Source: Paramecium tetraurelia (taxonomy: Eukaryota). Taken from it: DNA of 64,000 nucleotides. Every line of letters starts with the position of its first letter. Within the stretch, counting starts at the first letter, position 1. The notes beneath the pieces were generated by a model, which was not told the origin of the DNA, made no database searches, and worked only from the letters and a program-made list of their open reading frames with translations. The translations under genes were made by a program, and so were the position numbers. This document shows, piece after piece, positions 37,661-51,699 of the stretch. Location of the stretch: assembly GCA_000165425.1 (NCBI GenBank), contig CT868022.1, positions 1 through 64,000 on the forward strand. The letters run 5' to 3'.

Positions 37661-40600
37661 ATGTCAACACAAATTCCTTAGTTAATGATTACAGAGTAGC
37701 CATTAGATGATTAATAGGATTTTCTAAACTATTCATTGTCTGAGGTTTATTTTTCAGTAAGCAAATTTAAAGACAATAGAAAAAATGTTAGCGAAAACTC
37801 AATGAATTTGAATTATAAAGAATAGGAAAATTCAACTCCAATTTCTCCTAATAATATAAATTAAACTAAACCTAGCTATCTTTCATCTGCTTAAAAATCA
37901 AACTCTTAAGAAAGAATAAGCGTAAATACAACATAAGAAAAAGTATATAGAGATTTTTTCCAATATTTTCTAATTTAAAAGTTTGTTCACAAAATATCAT
38001 TTAAAAAGAAGTTAAATTCGTTGTTTGACAGATATCATTTTGAAGTAATCAACGACCTGGGTGCTTCATTTGATATAAATTTATTTAGAGAAAATACAAT
38101 AAAATTAACACCTATTATTGTAAAATAAGTTAGAAAAATAGAAAATCAATTTTCCATGAGATTGAAATAAATAACCTCTTAAATTCAATAAAGGTGGACA
38201 ATATTCATAAATAAAATTCCATTAATATATCCAGAATCAAAATTGAAATTGATATGGGATGGAATAGTAACAGCAGCAAGATTTTATTTCATCTTTATAA
38301 TTCCTCTAGATCTTGCTTGGGAAATTGAATAATTTATGTTTGACTTTCTAATTGTACCTACTTCGCTTATGCTTGCTTTATTAATAATTGATTATATTAT
38401 CAGTTTTAATCAAGCATTTTATGAATTCGGATCTATTGTAACTGATCGGCGTAAGATTGTTCAATATGTTTTAACAAAAAGTTATGGTTTAGACATTGTA
38501 TCAATTTTATTCTTAATAATTTTTTTAATAATATCTGTGTTCGAGAATTAAGCAGTAAGCTTAACTGAGAATTGGTATCAATTATTATTACTGTTGTTTC
38601 TTATTTAATATAAGAATGTATCAAAATTATCAGAATAAGTTGAGGAAGCTTTGAATTTATCAAAATAGATGAGTTCATTGTTAGAATTAAGTAAGTTATT
38701 TTTTTTGTTGTCTTTTGTCTTACATATCTTTTCTTGTTTGTGGTTTTGGATTGGATATTACTAATTGACAAATAATCACAAAACCTGGGTACCTTTAAAA
38801 AACCTATATTAAATGAATTGGAATGAATAATACCCATATTCCTTTTTATTTTTCTCNNNNNNNNNNNNNNNNNNNNNNNNNNNNNNNNNNNNNNNNNNNN
38901 NTGTATGCGGAAACCAGTAAATATCATTTTATACAAAAGAGAAGAGAAAGAAGGTGTAAACAATAAATACTTACATGCAAAATAAAAAGATTAGCTATTA
39001 ATTATAATTTAAGATACGAGAATATTTGAATTACTATTGGTCCTGTAATTAACAAGAAGAAACTTAGGAAGAGAAGCAAATTATTAATTAATTATCGGAA
39101 AACCTCAGAGAAAACTTATAATTTGAAGCAAATTCTATGATTTTAAATAATTGTCCTTTATTCAAGAATTATTTTAGTGAATAATTAAAGAAAAAGTTAG
39201 TGAAAAAGATCAAATCGATTGTTGTATAACCAGAAAACATAATAGATTTCAATCATTTTTTTCCAGAATAGAAGCTGAATTAATGTATATGTTTCGTTGA
39301 AGAAGGGGAAATTCAAATTTTTATTGAGAATGAGATGTTATAAAACCATGTTTCATATAATTCAATTTCGATTGTGAATACTGTTTCTAAAGGCAGCAGT
39401 CTTGGATTAATGTCATTCATAACTGGAGTTAAAGCAAGAGAAAGATTTAAGAGTTTAGGATTTTCAAAACTATTATTATTATCAAGAGATGACTTTTTGA
39501 AAATTATTCCTGAGTTTCCTGAAGATTATGAGATCTTTAGAGAAATGCATGATGATTTAATTTTAAATGAAGATTCTCAGTTTCTTAAATTAGCTTGTTT
39601 CTCCTGTAATAGCATTGCTCATAAAGTAATTGATTGTCCTTTAGTTCATTTTATTCCTGACAAAGAGTTTATTATAAAAAAGCATTAATTTTCTAGGTTT
39701 TAAAAAAGGAATGAATCAATGAAATTGAAATTTCGGAGAAATCAAAAAAGATAGCATGGATATTTTTCAGTGAATCATGATTTAGATCTGATTTAAGAAA
39801 CAGCAAAATTGTTTTAAGCTGATAATTATAAATAATGTTTATTTTATGAGGAGATTGATGATGATTCTGAAAAAGATAAGCCAAAGTTGCATACTCCTTA
39901 ATTTATAAGATCAATAAATTATACATTGGCAGATTCTATAAAGCAAGAATTTCAATTAGAGTCATCTCCTAAGTAATTACCTTTCTAATAACCTTAATAA
40001 TCAAGAAGGAGTATTATATAAAACATGATATCAAAAAAATCACTATCTCTACTGGTTGATGATTTCACTCTACAACCTTTTAAAGGGATTAAAAAGTTCA
40101 AAAGAGTAGTTGAGGTTGTCAAAAGTTTAAACAAAATTGTAAATAAGAAGAGCTGTAAAGCCCAAACAAAGAATATTTTAGCTTCTTTAAATAGTGAGAA
40201 CTACAGAGATTTAGAATAAATATCCTTATTGAGTGGTATTATAAGACGATTAAAATACATTTAAAACCATAATATTGAATGCGTTGATAAGGATTATTAG
40301 GAGATGGAATTTTTGAGGATGAAATTGCAAGTTTTGTTATCACTCCAAAAAGGATTAGAAGATACCAAAGAGAAGTTTGAAACTGTTAGACAATTTAAAT
40401 TTTATTGTGTCCATAATAATGTGGATCAAATATTAACTGTTTAGAATGAATTTTATAAAGTGAAATTATAACAATTAGATCTACCAAAAATATTCTAGTC
40501 TTTTGTGAGGTATTTGATGTATCCTTATTCTTTTATCCATAAATATAAATTGAAAGCTGATAGTTTTGATGTAAAAGAAATAAAAAAAGAAGTGATAACC

Positions 40601-40708
40601 AAAAAGGAGTAAAATGCAAAATTTTCTAAACTTTTAACTTTGCATAAATAAAGTAAAAAGTTGAGAAATAAATTGCATATAAAAAAAACATAAATTTAGC
40701 CACTTTGA
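37661..40708 (+). CDS. Cyclic-nucleotide-binding-domain voltage-gated K+ channel (EAG/HCN-like); pore region falls in the gap at 38857-38901
   Basis: IYPESKLKLIWD, transmembrane segments and FSCLWFWIG (S5). C-linker INTYMQNKKISYQLQFKIREYLNYYW and CNBD KGSSLGLMSFITG..LLLLSRDDFLKII. Confidence 0.9.
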
Positions 40709-41797
40709 AAAAAATTATATTATATCCATTTTTGTTATTCAAAAATTCTTTAAATAACTTAATTCAATAATTCTGAATATTACTTCAAATATTAAAACTA
40801 AATACTTAATCTTATATAATATGTATAATTAATCACAATTGCCTAGTTTGGGATTGAATTTTTATTCATCTCGAGTTTAAACCTTATTATTATTGAGCTT
40901 AGTATTTTTACTTAGTAAACTAGATTTCATTTCAGCCAACATCCAACTTTTTAGCTTCATTTTAGAATTTAAATTTGAAAGTGGATAATAGGAAATTCAT
41001 TGTTTAAAGATTTTGTCAGAAGAATTCTGCATCTTTTTTAACCTTTTTCAAATAGTAATTAAGATAGGCTTAGAGAACAAATATGCATTTCTAATATAAT
41101 AAATCCAACTTATGTTTGAATTAAAAGTCATTTACTTTATTATAGTATAGCTTGTATTTCATCATAATAAACAACGATTTCATTTGGGAAATAGAAGACA
41201 ATTGAAAACCGTCTACGCAAGTGTTAAATAAAACAATTCTTAATTTATTTTTTAAATGATGTTTTCTTAATTCCAGAAATTAAGCATCTCAAATGAAGTT
41301 TGATTGTTGAAATCTTTGTCATTCAACCCAATTCCAAAATTTTTATTTGACATACAAATCTTGTTGGGAAAAAAAAACAGATATAATTAATCTAAGAAGT
41401 ATCTAAGTCTGGCAATATATATAATATAATTATTTATTAAGATTGATATGATTATCAATTTATCTTAAGTACACAAACCATATTATTCTTGATGGTATTT
41501 CCTTAATTATTTTCTCATTTTACTATTAGAATCTCTAATTGCAATTAATTAGAGAGATTTTATGAAATCCGTTTGAATATTAATCATAAGTTATCAATAT
41601 TTAGAAAGGAATAAAATTGGATTTTTATTGAATTCAATTTTAATTTATTCATATATCTCTTAGAAATGTTAATGCTTTTGTTGACTAATTCAGCCTCATG
41701 AATGAATTGAAAAATATTTTTATTAACAAAGACATTCTGTAATGAGTTAGTAGAATTGAAAGAATAATCATAATGATATTTAATTTAATTAACGATC

Positions 41798-43683
41798 ATG
41801 AAGGCTCAAATTCAACAGCTATCTTAGCTCCAACCAGATAAAAGGATTCTCAATTATACTTTCAGTTAATAAGCTGTAATCGGACGAGGGTCTTATGGGA
41901 TTGTATATGTCGGAATGAATATTGATACAAAGTATGTTGAAATTTAAATTTAAGTTAAGTTGTTGCTATTAAAGTTGTACCTTTGTAATGTGATCAGCAA
42001 TCCCTTAGGAAAGAAATTGATATAATGAAAGATTTGGATTGCCCAAATATTGTTAAATTATTAGATGTTGTCTAAACACCAAATAATTGTTACATAGTTA
42101 GCGAATTGTGCACATGCGGTGATTTGAGAGAATACATGAAAAGATATGGTTGTCTAACAGAATAATAAGCTTTACCAATTTTAACACAGATTTTAAAAGG
42201 GATTTTATAATCATTCAAAAGAGGGATCATTCATCGAGATTTGAAACCTGCCAATATTTTGATTACTTCTGAAAATATATTTAAGATAGCTGATTTTGGA
42301 TTTGCGAAACGATTTTAACACTTAGAGGGAGATCTTATGAATTCATTGGCAGGAACTCCTTTATATATGTCACCGTAAGTGTTGTTAAGGAAATAATACA
42401 CATCCAAATGTGATGTATGGAGTATAGGCCTTATTTATTATGAATTGATAGAAGGTAAAACTCCATGGAATGTTGCGGATATTCTTGATTTAATAAATAA
42501 ATAGAGAAATACCAATATCAAATTTAGTAAATTAAAATGTTTATAAATTCTAGGCAAAAAGATATCACCAATGTCATAATAATTCATATTGGGATGTTTG
42601 TAATATGAAGAATAAAAGCGGTTAGGATGGGAATAAGTGTTTACCCACTCTTTGTTTGACAATAAATTCTTGATGAAAGAGTAAGATTAAAAATCTCAGC
42701 ATTCGACTTCATAAATTAAAAATGAATCTGATTCAATGTTGAATGCAAAATTAGTTACAGTCAATTCTCCTCCATAAACTAAACATCCTCTATAAATATA
42801 CAATAAGTAGAAAGCCAGTTAAAAGGAATTATTATCAAAAGTAGAATCGCCTAAATAAGAAATTCGATAATTGTTTAATCATAGCAAAACAGTTATGCTT
42901 CCTGAAACATAAAAGAAAGATCGAACAATTAGTATTGGAAATTAACCATAAAGTACTAGAAATAGTGGGAACAAGATGTTTACTGAAAATTAAAATGGAT
43001 TTTTTAGATAAAAAAGTGATAATGATGAATAGTCAAATAATAAACAAATCATTCAAAATTAGATAGAATATTTGTAATTACTGAAACAAATTAGAAACTA
43101 ATTATTAGACTATTCGTAAGTCACGATTCAATAAACTAATGTATATAAGTTACAATTCATCATCTTGAAGAATATAATGATTATTACAACCTAGTTGAAA
43201 AGTTGTTTAATTGATGGAAATGTAAATAAATTCGAGTTGAAGAATTTCGACATCTTTAAACAGAGAGATACGTTTAAGAATATAGAAAAACAAATTCTAG
43301 AATTACATTTCGATGGTTTCAATAACTTTTAAGAATGCTAATTATTGTTAAATGAAAACTATACTCTTATAATGAATGATCTGGAATTTATGGATATTTT
43401 TAATAATAATTTTGAATATTCAGTATAGTTTTGTAATTTGGCTAAGCATTTAAGTCTATCATTTATTAAAGGTAATAAATTCAACTAAAATTTAGAATAT
43501 TTATATTAGATTCTTTTAGGATATGAAAATCCTAAGATTTAACTATTTACATTTCTATTGTGCAATTACGCAAAGTTCGTTGGCTAATACACTTAAAATG
43601 TAGAACAACTCTTACACACTAGCAAAACCTAATTGAGTAGGAACGAATGCATAAATTATATTGAAAAGATATTATTTAATTGA
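41798..43683 (+). CDS. Ser/Thr protein kinase (ULK/Atg1- or CAMK-like)
   Basis: [29 protein letters not shown] and DVWS motifs, with short introns near 41932 and 42530. Confidence 0.95.
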
Positions 43684-44085
43684 CTACTTATATATATATA
43701 TCAAAAGATTAAATAGTTATTAAAATGATTCTTAATCTATTATTTTTAAGATAAATTTGAAATATTCTAAATTTAAATATACGTTTTATGGATATTGAAT
43801 TGCCTTGTAAATTAATAGATTTTTCCCTAATACAAATGGTCTCTGTATATTAATTAACTAAATTACTAATTTGATCGGATGATATTGTAAGATATTAATC
43901 ATTCAATTAATATTGCCTTTTATAAATAGAATCAACATAATGAGTAAGATCAAATGAAATTAGAAAGTTGAACTTAATTCATAGTACTGAATGAATTTAT
44001 TGGTCTATAATGTTATTAGATTATTTAGATGTAGACAATTAGTCTTAATAATAAGTTTATAATATAATAAATAATAAATAATCAC

Positions 44086-47000
44086 ATGACAGAAGAAGAT
44101 GACAGTATGTACTTTCTTAATTAGATATCATTGCCTTTGAGGAAGATGATGACAATTCGCCCGCCCAAAGCTCAGCCAAAAATATCTACCAGATTTAAAC
44201 ATAAACAAGTGAGATAACAAGAGATAAGCAATGAACAAGCTTAAGAGGCGAGTGAAGACGGTCCTGTTATCAATTTTACCAAGCTTTTCAAAACTAGTAA
44301 AGAAGCAGGAACTGCACAGGGCTTAAAAGTGGATCCAACTTATGTGGCTCCGATGGCAAAATCACTCTTTCTAAATCCTGATGATAAACAAGAAGAGGAT
44401 GATGACCCTGGAGTCTTGAAATTAGAAGATCCTGAAGATTAGCCATTACCTCCAGAGGAAGGGGATGTTTTCATTAAGTCAAAATCAAATCGTTCTTAGA
44501 GGAGCACTCCTAAGAAAGATGAAAGTATTTTGGATGTCATTTAAAAATACGATGGAAAAAATATTGAGAACAGCTTAGAATTTTCAGTGCATCCAATAGG
44601 AAAAGGAACTACAGAATAATTCCCAGCCAGTTAAGAAAATAGAGATGAATTGGTTGACACTATCTTCAGTTAACAATTGAAGATCGGCATTCAATCAACT
44701 GATCCTAAAACAGACTTTTATGGAATTTCATTGCTGACCTAAAATGGTAGTTTGTTTTAGAATGCTCTTAAAATGTCATTAAAACGTGCTTTCATGACTC
44801 CAATTCTACCATTTATTATAATTATTACCATTCTGGATTATACAATGACGTCAGTTAATGTAATTATCTATCATTATTTATCAAGCAATTTTAATTCTTT
44901 ATTATATACATCTTGATACTTTCAACATTGCCCACATTTTTATGGTACAGGGTCTACAGATAGGAACTAGAATTGGAATTCAAATTTGATAGACAATTAG
45001 TAAATGTTTTTGATTTCGCATAAAAAAGATTTAGTAGTAGGACTATTATTAGACTATTTCCTGGGTGCATAGTGTAACTAAAGAAGGGGGAAAGAGTACC
45101 TGCACCTATGATTATTCTGAGTGCTGAAAGTTAGGAACATGCTTAAGTTAATTTTGGAGATGATGTAAAAACATATAAGGTAGCTGCTCCGAAATTATAA
45201 GAACCTGATTTAACATATATTGATGGTCAATTGGAATTCAACCAATTACCTATATTTTCAGAAAATACTAAGGCTAGATTGAGATTGGATTTGGTGGAGC
45301 CAATAGATGTGCAATTGAATCAGGAACATTTAGTAGAAGAAAATGGAATAGTTGAATCAAACTAATTGATAGGTGTATTACTTCATTCATCTACTCGTCA
45401 AAAGTATTTGAGAGAAGCTTTATCATTCAATTTACCATTATATTTAAATCCTCTGAATTCAGAGTTTTTCAGTATCGGAATTGCTATAGTACTCTCAATA
45501 ACATTTTCAATAGCTGGATCGATTTGGAGTAGCAATAATAAAGACAAGCATTTATACATAAGAGAATAGAGCAATTATAATTTTATATCCTTATTAATTG
45601 ATAGATTGATAATCTTTAGTAACATAGTTCCAATTTTCGTTGAGGTTTTTAGACCAATATTTTTATGGTTGGCCAGAAAGAAAGTGAATGGTGATATTGG
45701 AATGGATCCTTAGAGATCAGGATTATTAACTAAATTGAACAGCTATATAGCTTTGGATAATATAGCAAATACAAAGTTTATCAATTATGGTTAAGTATTA
45801 AATGAACCAAGATTAAGAGTGGGAAAGGCTACTTTATTAGGAGGACCATAAGGAGAGAAAAAAGATATCGAGAAGAATAATGATGATGTTAAATTACAAG
45901 GATATGAACCTAAACCTAATAAGGAGATTATGGATGATTAGATTTAAGTAAATTAATCAACTGCCTTTGAGTAAATTGATTTAGAATATGATGCTCAATG
46001 TGATGATAAGGAGCGCAGTACATTTGTATTTGAAAGAGCATTATTAACACTACCATATAAGACTTTAAGTTCTTCTTAATTGGCTATTTAAAAATATTGT
46101 TAATTAGGTGAGTGTGTACAATTCTCATATGATGATAATCAAAGAAGTGTCTTACTACCAAAGGAAGTGTTGAGAACATATACAGTGAAATTGGTTGTTA
46201 ATACTGAACAATGGGATGCATATTTATATGAGATGCCATTGTTGGAGGAGAAGGATTTAGAATCAGATGATGAAGAAGCATCAGATTTACAATAATTGTA
46301 GGATAGAATTAAGAAGGATAGAGAATTGTTTGAGAAAATGAATAGCAAAAGATATATTTGGGTTTTGTAGGCTGATATCGAAAGTACTTTATGTAAGGAG
46401 CATCCTCAATTATCATAATTTATGTAAGGAAAAGCCATTTTTGAATATACATTCTAAGAATAAGAATACTAGAGATTGTACAAATAATTAGGATCATCTG
46501 CTTTTAAGAGGAAATACATTCAATTGCCTCCATTTGCAGAAGAGCAATTGATGACATAAATTAAACCATGTGGAGTATTCCAATTCTAGACTGTTGCTCA
46601 TCATAATTTCCATTTGTTATTAGATTTGAATCTGGCTATCATTAGACAGTGGTTTTTCATTAGGGATGTAGAAAGAGATCAAACTCTACAATATTTGAAA
46701 TAATATATGGAATGTGTTGAATTCACAAAGGATGATTTACATAATGAAATGAATAGTGTTAAGAGTCAAGCTGTCCCATTATTCAAATAATCAACAAGAG
46801 AATTCAAAGTGTTTGATAATTTGTATAAGATTGATGATAAATTCATTACTTTGATAATCAATTAAGAAGTTTTAGATTAGGCATTATCAGATGGAGAAAT
46901 GAGATCATAGTTTTATGAAGTCATTATGATTGCATCCTTTTGTGGTCTTCCATGATCTTACTAAAATTCAAATTGAATAACTTATCACATTCTAAAAAGA

Positions 47001-48126
47001 TTAGTCTAAAAACTAAGCCATTATATCAGTTGGTCTACATGATGAAGATTTATGTTTGTGCAAAGTCAATACTGTAAGAGCAAGTGTTCAATCCCAAACC
47101 GCTAAAAATCCCTCATTATTTTCTGCTATGAGTCATATAGAATTGGTTAATTTAGATGGATTGTCCAAACTAATCTTAACTCATGCTAGACAAACCCATG
47201 TTAGAACTGCTGGATTCTTGCTATTCATACTTTATAAGGGTTTCCTCATCACTATGTGCGAATTCTTCTTTTCATTTTTTAATGGATATTCAAGCACACA
47301 ACTATTCACAACCAGTTTCCACTTCATGTTTTAAACCTATTTCACGCCAATCTATGGATTTTTGATCTTTTCTTTCTATTCAGATGTAAATCATCGAGTC
47401 ATCCGAATGTTTGCTAGTGAATTCATCAAATGTCAAAGGGATTACTATTTCAATAGGAAGAAACTTTTCCTAATATTCTTTGACTCTGTTTATTAAGGAT
47501 TCATAATATTTTATTTACCTGCAAATGTAATTTAACCATTATAATTTTTTAGATTCTATAATATGCTAACAATTAAGATGGTATCATAGAAGGATTTTAT
47601 TATATTTCCTTAGTTTCCTATTTGACTGTCCTTTTAACTACCCAAATGCAGCCAATTCTTTATTTAAGCACTCTTTCCAAAGAATAAATGTATATTAATC
47701 TTTCTAATTTAGAGTTGTAATTATGTTCAACATTACAATTTGCATATTGATATTATTCACTACATGCTCATCTGAATCTTGGAGTACAAGCATCCCATAA
47801 TATACTCATCATTTAGAATCCATTTTAGATAGTGTAAAAAGTGTATTCATTGTTCATATTTCTAGTCTTGTATTTCTTTGACTCCAACTATCATTCTCTA
47901 ATAATTTGAGACTGTGTCTGATTCTTAATTGATTAGAATGATCCACTATTACGAAGAGAAGGAAGAAGTTGAAGAAGAACCAAAGCCAAAAGCCTAAGAA
48001 CAAAAACCATCCTAACCAATAGACACAAAATAATTGTAAACTAAAGGAATGGAATAATCAATGATGATAGAATAAACTAGTTAAGATCAAATCAATATGT
48101 CCCAGGACAATTTATTGTAGAAATGA
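44086..48126 (+). CDS. Degenerate P4-type ATPase (flippase)-like membrane protein; contains a 1-nt frameshift near 46935
   Basis: P4-like segments IVQLKKGERVPAPMIIL, LIIFSNIVPIFVEV, SHIELVNLDGLSKLILTHAR and FILYKGFL..FFNGYSSTQLF. Catalytic motifs are not recognisable. Acidic N-terminus. Confidence 0.75.
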
Positions 48127-48157
48127 TTATCAAACATATTATTATTGATTATTTAGT

Positions 48158-48930
48158 ATGTCATAAGACCTTTTCAAAGATATCAATAATAATTATAAAA
48201 TGCTTTGTTTTAAAATCATTATTGTAGGTGATACTAGTATTAAATTATGGTCATATCGATTAGATGTTGGAAAAAGTTGTTTGCTATTGTAGTTTACAGA
48301 TCTTAGATTCAAAAATACTCATGATACCACAATTGGTATAGGGTTTGGCTCTCGGGAGATAAGAGTTATGGATCAAAATGTGAATCTACATATTTGGGAC
48401 ACTGCTGGATAAGAATCATTTCGTTCTCTAACTCGGTCATTCTATAGGGGGTATGATGCAATAAATTTTAAGAGCAATTGGAGGCATTCTTGTCTTTGAT
48501 GTTACAAGCAGATAATCATTTTAAGGATTGGTTTAATGGTATGAGAAAATATAAAGTTACGCTTGCGATGAGATTGAACTGATTATAGTAGGAAATAAAA
48601 CAGACCTTGAAGAATAGTATATATTGATTAAGTATGTAAGGCGTCAAGTGTCTTAAAAGGAGGGAATGCAGTTTGCAAAATAGTATAATTTTGAGTATTT
48701 CGAGACTTCTGCAAAGACTGGATTAAATGTGAATTAGGTATTTGAAAATTTGAGTTGTAAAATACTACAAAAGGTAAATTCTGGAGAGATTGATCCTTGC
48801 AAAGTAGATTTTGAAAATTTATAATTAGAATTATGGAATTCAATTAAGCAAAAAAGCGAAATTGGCAAAATAGGAATGCAAAATCCAAAATACTAAATAA
48901 GATAAATAAAAAAACAATACTTGTTGCTGA
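48158..48930 (+). CDS. Rab2-like small GTPase
   Basis: [53 protein letters not shown] and C-terminal CC*. Several ~23-27-nt introns. Confidence 0.92.
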
Positions 48931-49272
48931 ATTATATATATAATATATTAAGTAAATCAATCTTGAGAATCCTTGGTTATTATGTTTACTACAAAATCCT
49001 TAAGAGAATATTGTATATTTAAATAAATAAATGAATTCTCATCTGAAATGCTTATTGAAAGTAGTAATTTAGTGTTGAAATTGTGACTCAATAGAGTACT
49101 TACTATTTCTTAAGAATCAAAATATTATGTGTAATGAGTAAGAATAAGAATGATTCATAATTGAATGAGATTTCTATCAACAGTAAAAGTAGTATTAAAT
49201 CCTGATAGATAGGTAGGTGGAGTCTCATTGAAAATGTGAAATTCTTTTTATTCAAAACATATTATATAATAA

Positions 49273-49901
49273 TCATAAATTTGTATCAGGTTATTGTTTT
49301 TCTATGCTATCTTCATTTTACTTGTCAACTTATTCAAACTTGATATCATCTATTTATTAGAGTTGTTTAACCTTATGTGATCTAGTTAATACTATTCTTA
49401 CTATTTAATTAAAAGAGCTAGTCTGACAATTTAGACTATGTATCGCAAAACCATAACAACTAATCCAATTACATCATCAATAATAGCAGCAAACTCACTT
49501 AAATATCATGATTAAAATGTACTTGGTGATCATGTAGAAAAAGAGAAGTAATATTAAAATAAGAATAAAAGAACCCAAATCTATGAGATTCCATTTGTCT
49601 TTAAAAAATTGCTTAATAAATAGAGAAATAAGTAATACCTTCCTTTCTGCTATTATACGTAAGGAGATATCGACGAGGATAGCCAAGGTTAGTATCACTT
49701 CTGCTTGTACAACAATTGATTGATGCAAACTATTGTAATTAAAATGATTAAGTACTTTCGGATCGGATCTGTCATAATCTAGTTGTATATATTTCATACA
49801 TAGATCAAAAGTATTATTGATAAGATAACTTAAAGTATTGAAAAGAGGATATAGAATTTACTCATTCTAATAGTTGTGATAATATGTTTGCAATTTTGCA
49901 T
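49273..49901 (-). CDS. Small stand-alone voltage-sensor-domain (S1-S4) membrane protein without a pore
   Basis: After removing five short introns: S2 EVILTLAILVDISLRI, S3 FFKDKWNLIDL and S4-like VMVLRYIVQIVRLALLIK, then a short hydrophilic tail and TGA. Confidence 0.7.
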
Positions 49902-49939
49902 CTAATAATTCGTTTATATTATTTTTAATATCATAAACA

Positions 49940-51058
49940 ATGCAGTCAGATTATTTTACAAGTAAGTCTACAAAAAACCATCATTCCACTCAATAACTAA
50001 GAGCTCCAAAGACAGCCCCATCAACTATGTATGCGGTTCCCTGTATGAACTGTGAAAATCTTATTCCTATTAATGAAATCGATGTTCATACTATGAAGTG
50101 TCTAAGTGTTTCAAAGAGTGTCACTGCAGTCCTTAAATCCAATAAATTATTGGATGAAATCAATTTTAAGATATCAAAATTGAGAGAATCCATTTAGCAA
50201 TTAAATCAAAAGGAATCTAAATAGGACAACATAAAATATCTGAACAGAGCGGATGAAATGTCTGAACAAATCCTCACAATTCAAAACACCAATTAAATTG
50301 AACTTCGTAAACTGCAGGATCTAAATCAAGAATTGAAAACCATTACTGAATCTTACAGAGGTTCTCTTGCTATTGCTCTCTATCTTGAACGACTCCATTC
50401 TCTTGCCCTATAGAAATAGACATAATTAGAAAAAGAAGTGCGCACATCAAGAGTCGAAATCTAAACTCAGACCCAAAAAATTAATCTTATCAATTCTAAT
50501 AGCAGTAATTACAATCCTTACAATAATTACAGTAGTGTTTCATCATTTCGATACCAATAATAACCTGAATATAGTAGAACTTCTCAGTTACCCCTTCCTT
50601 CTTAATTTCAGAGTCCCCCTTTTGGCAGACCTACTATAATTACAAAATTCTCAGGAAGTCAGGATAGGAACCAATTGAATGATATCAAAAGTGAAATTCT
50701 TACAAAGATCTCCACATCGTAGTTTGATGAGAGTGAAGTAAATCAAAATGAAATTGATCCTAACAATTCTAACCAATACAATTAATAATAGAGAATCTTT
50801 TATTCAAAATGTTTGGCTCAAAAAACCAAATTACCCAATACTCATCCTTCTCAAAAAATACCTTTGTGTATCTTACATAAAGAAATGCTTCAGAGAAAAA
50901 TTCCATCTGCTATGTGGGATAAATTTATTTTAGATGCTTTAAACAATCCACATCAATATCTTGATATGAATAAAGTATAAAATCCTTAGGGACTCAAAAA
51001 TCAACTGAGATCGATGACTCAGGAACACTAATTCAAACAAAGAATTCAAAATATCTGA
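49940..51058 (+). CDS. Hypothetical protein with N-terminal C2HC (UBZ-like) zinc finger and coiled coil, 372 aa
   Basis: Intronless code-6 ORF containing PCMNCENLIPINEIDVHTMKC. Confidence 0.8.
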
Positions 51059-51129
51059 CGATTCCCATCTTATATATCGATTTTAATATATTATTAATAT
51101 CATATAATAATTATTTAAATCAAATCCTA

Positions 51130-51660
51130 ATGTAAGGAGCACCAGGTAAGTTTATATCGTTTTTATATTCTTTCTAGAAGTCCCAAGAAGATTTAGATTG
51201 CTTGAAGAACTCTAAAACGGAGAAAAAGGTATTGGAGATGGAACTGTAAGCTATGGATTGGAAGATGGTAAAATATTCATCTGAAACTTGTAGCTGAGGA
51301 TATGCAGATGACAAATTGGAATGGAACAATCCTTGGACCATATAATGTAATGATATTATTTTATATCGTAGACTGCATTTGAGAATAGAATCTATTCACT
51401 TAAAATCACTTGTGGTCCACAATATCCAAAGGTTGCTCCATAAGTCAAATTTGTTACTAAAATTAATCTTCCTTGTGTCTAAGCAAATGGATAGGTATTT
51501 ATCATTGACTACTACTCAGATTGATCTTAATAAATTTGCCATTTTAAAAAATTGGGTATCCAAAAATACTCTGGAAAGCATTTTGACAGGATTAAAGAAC
51601 GAAATGAGTTCTGCTGCTAATAAAAAATTGTAATAACCACCTGATGGCCAAACCTATTGA
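51130..51660 (+). CDS. MMS2: Ubiquitin-conjugating enzyme E2 variant (Mms2/Uev1)
   Basis: [64 protein letters not shown], with four short introns. Confidence 0.95.
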
Positions 51661-51699
51661 GTTATTAAAATAAATATATATATAAGTAAAGAAAGTTTA

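Noticed and set aside
38857..38901. Channel apparently lacking pore helix and S6
   Set aside because: The missing part coincides with an N gap whose length is probably underestimated.
48960..49260. Possible tiny gene between Rab2 and the VSD gene
   Set aside because: Only short frames on either strand, with no motif.
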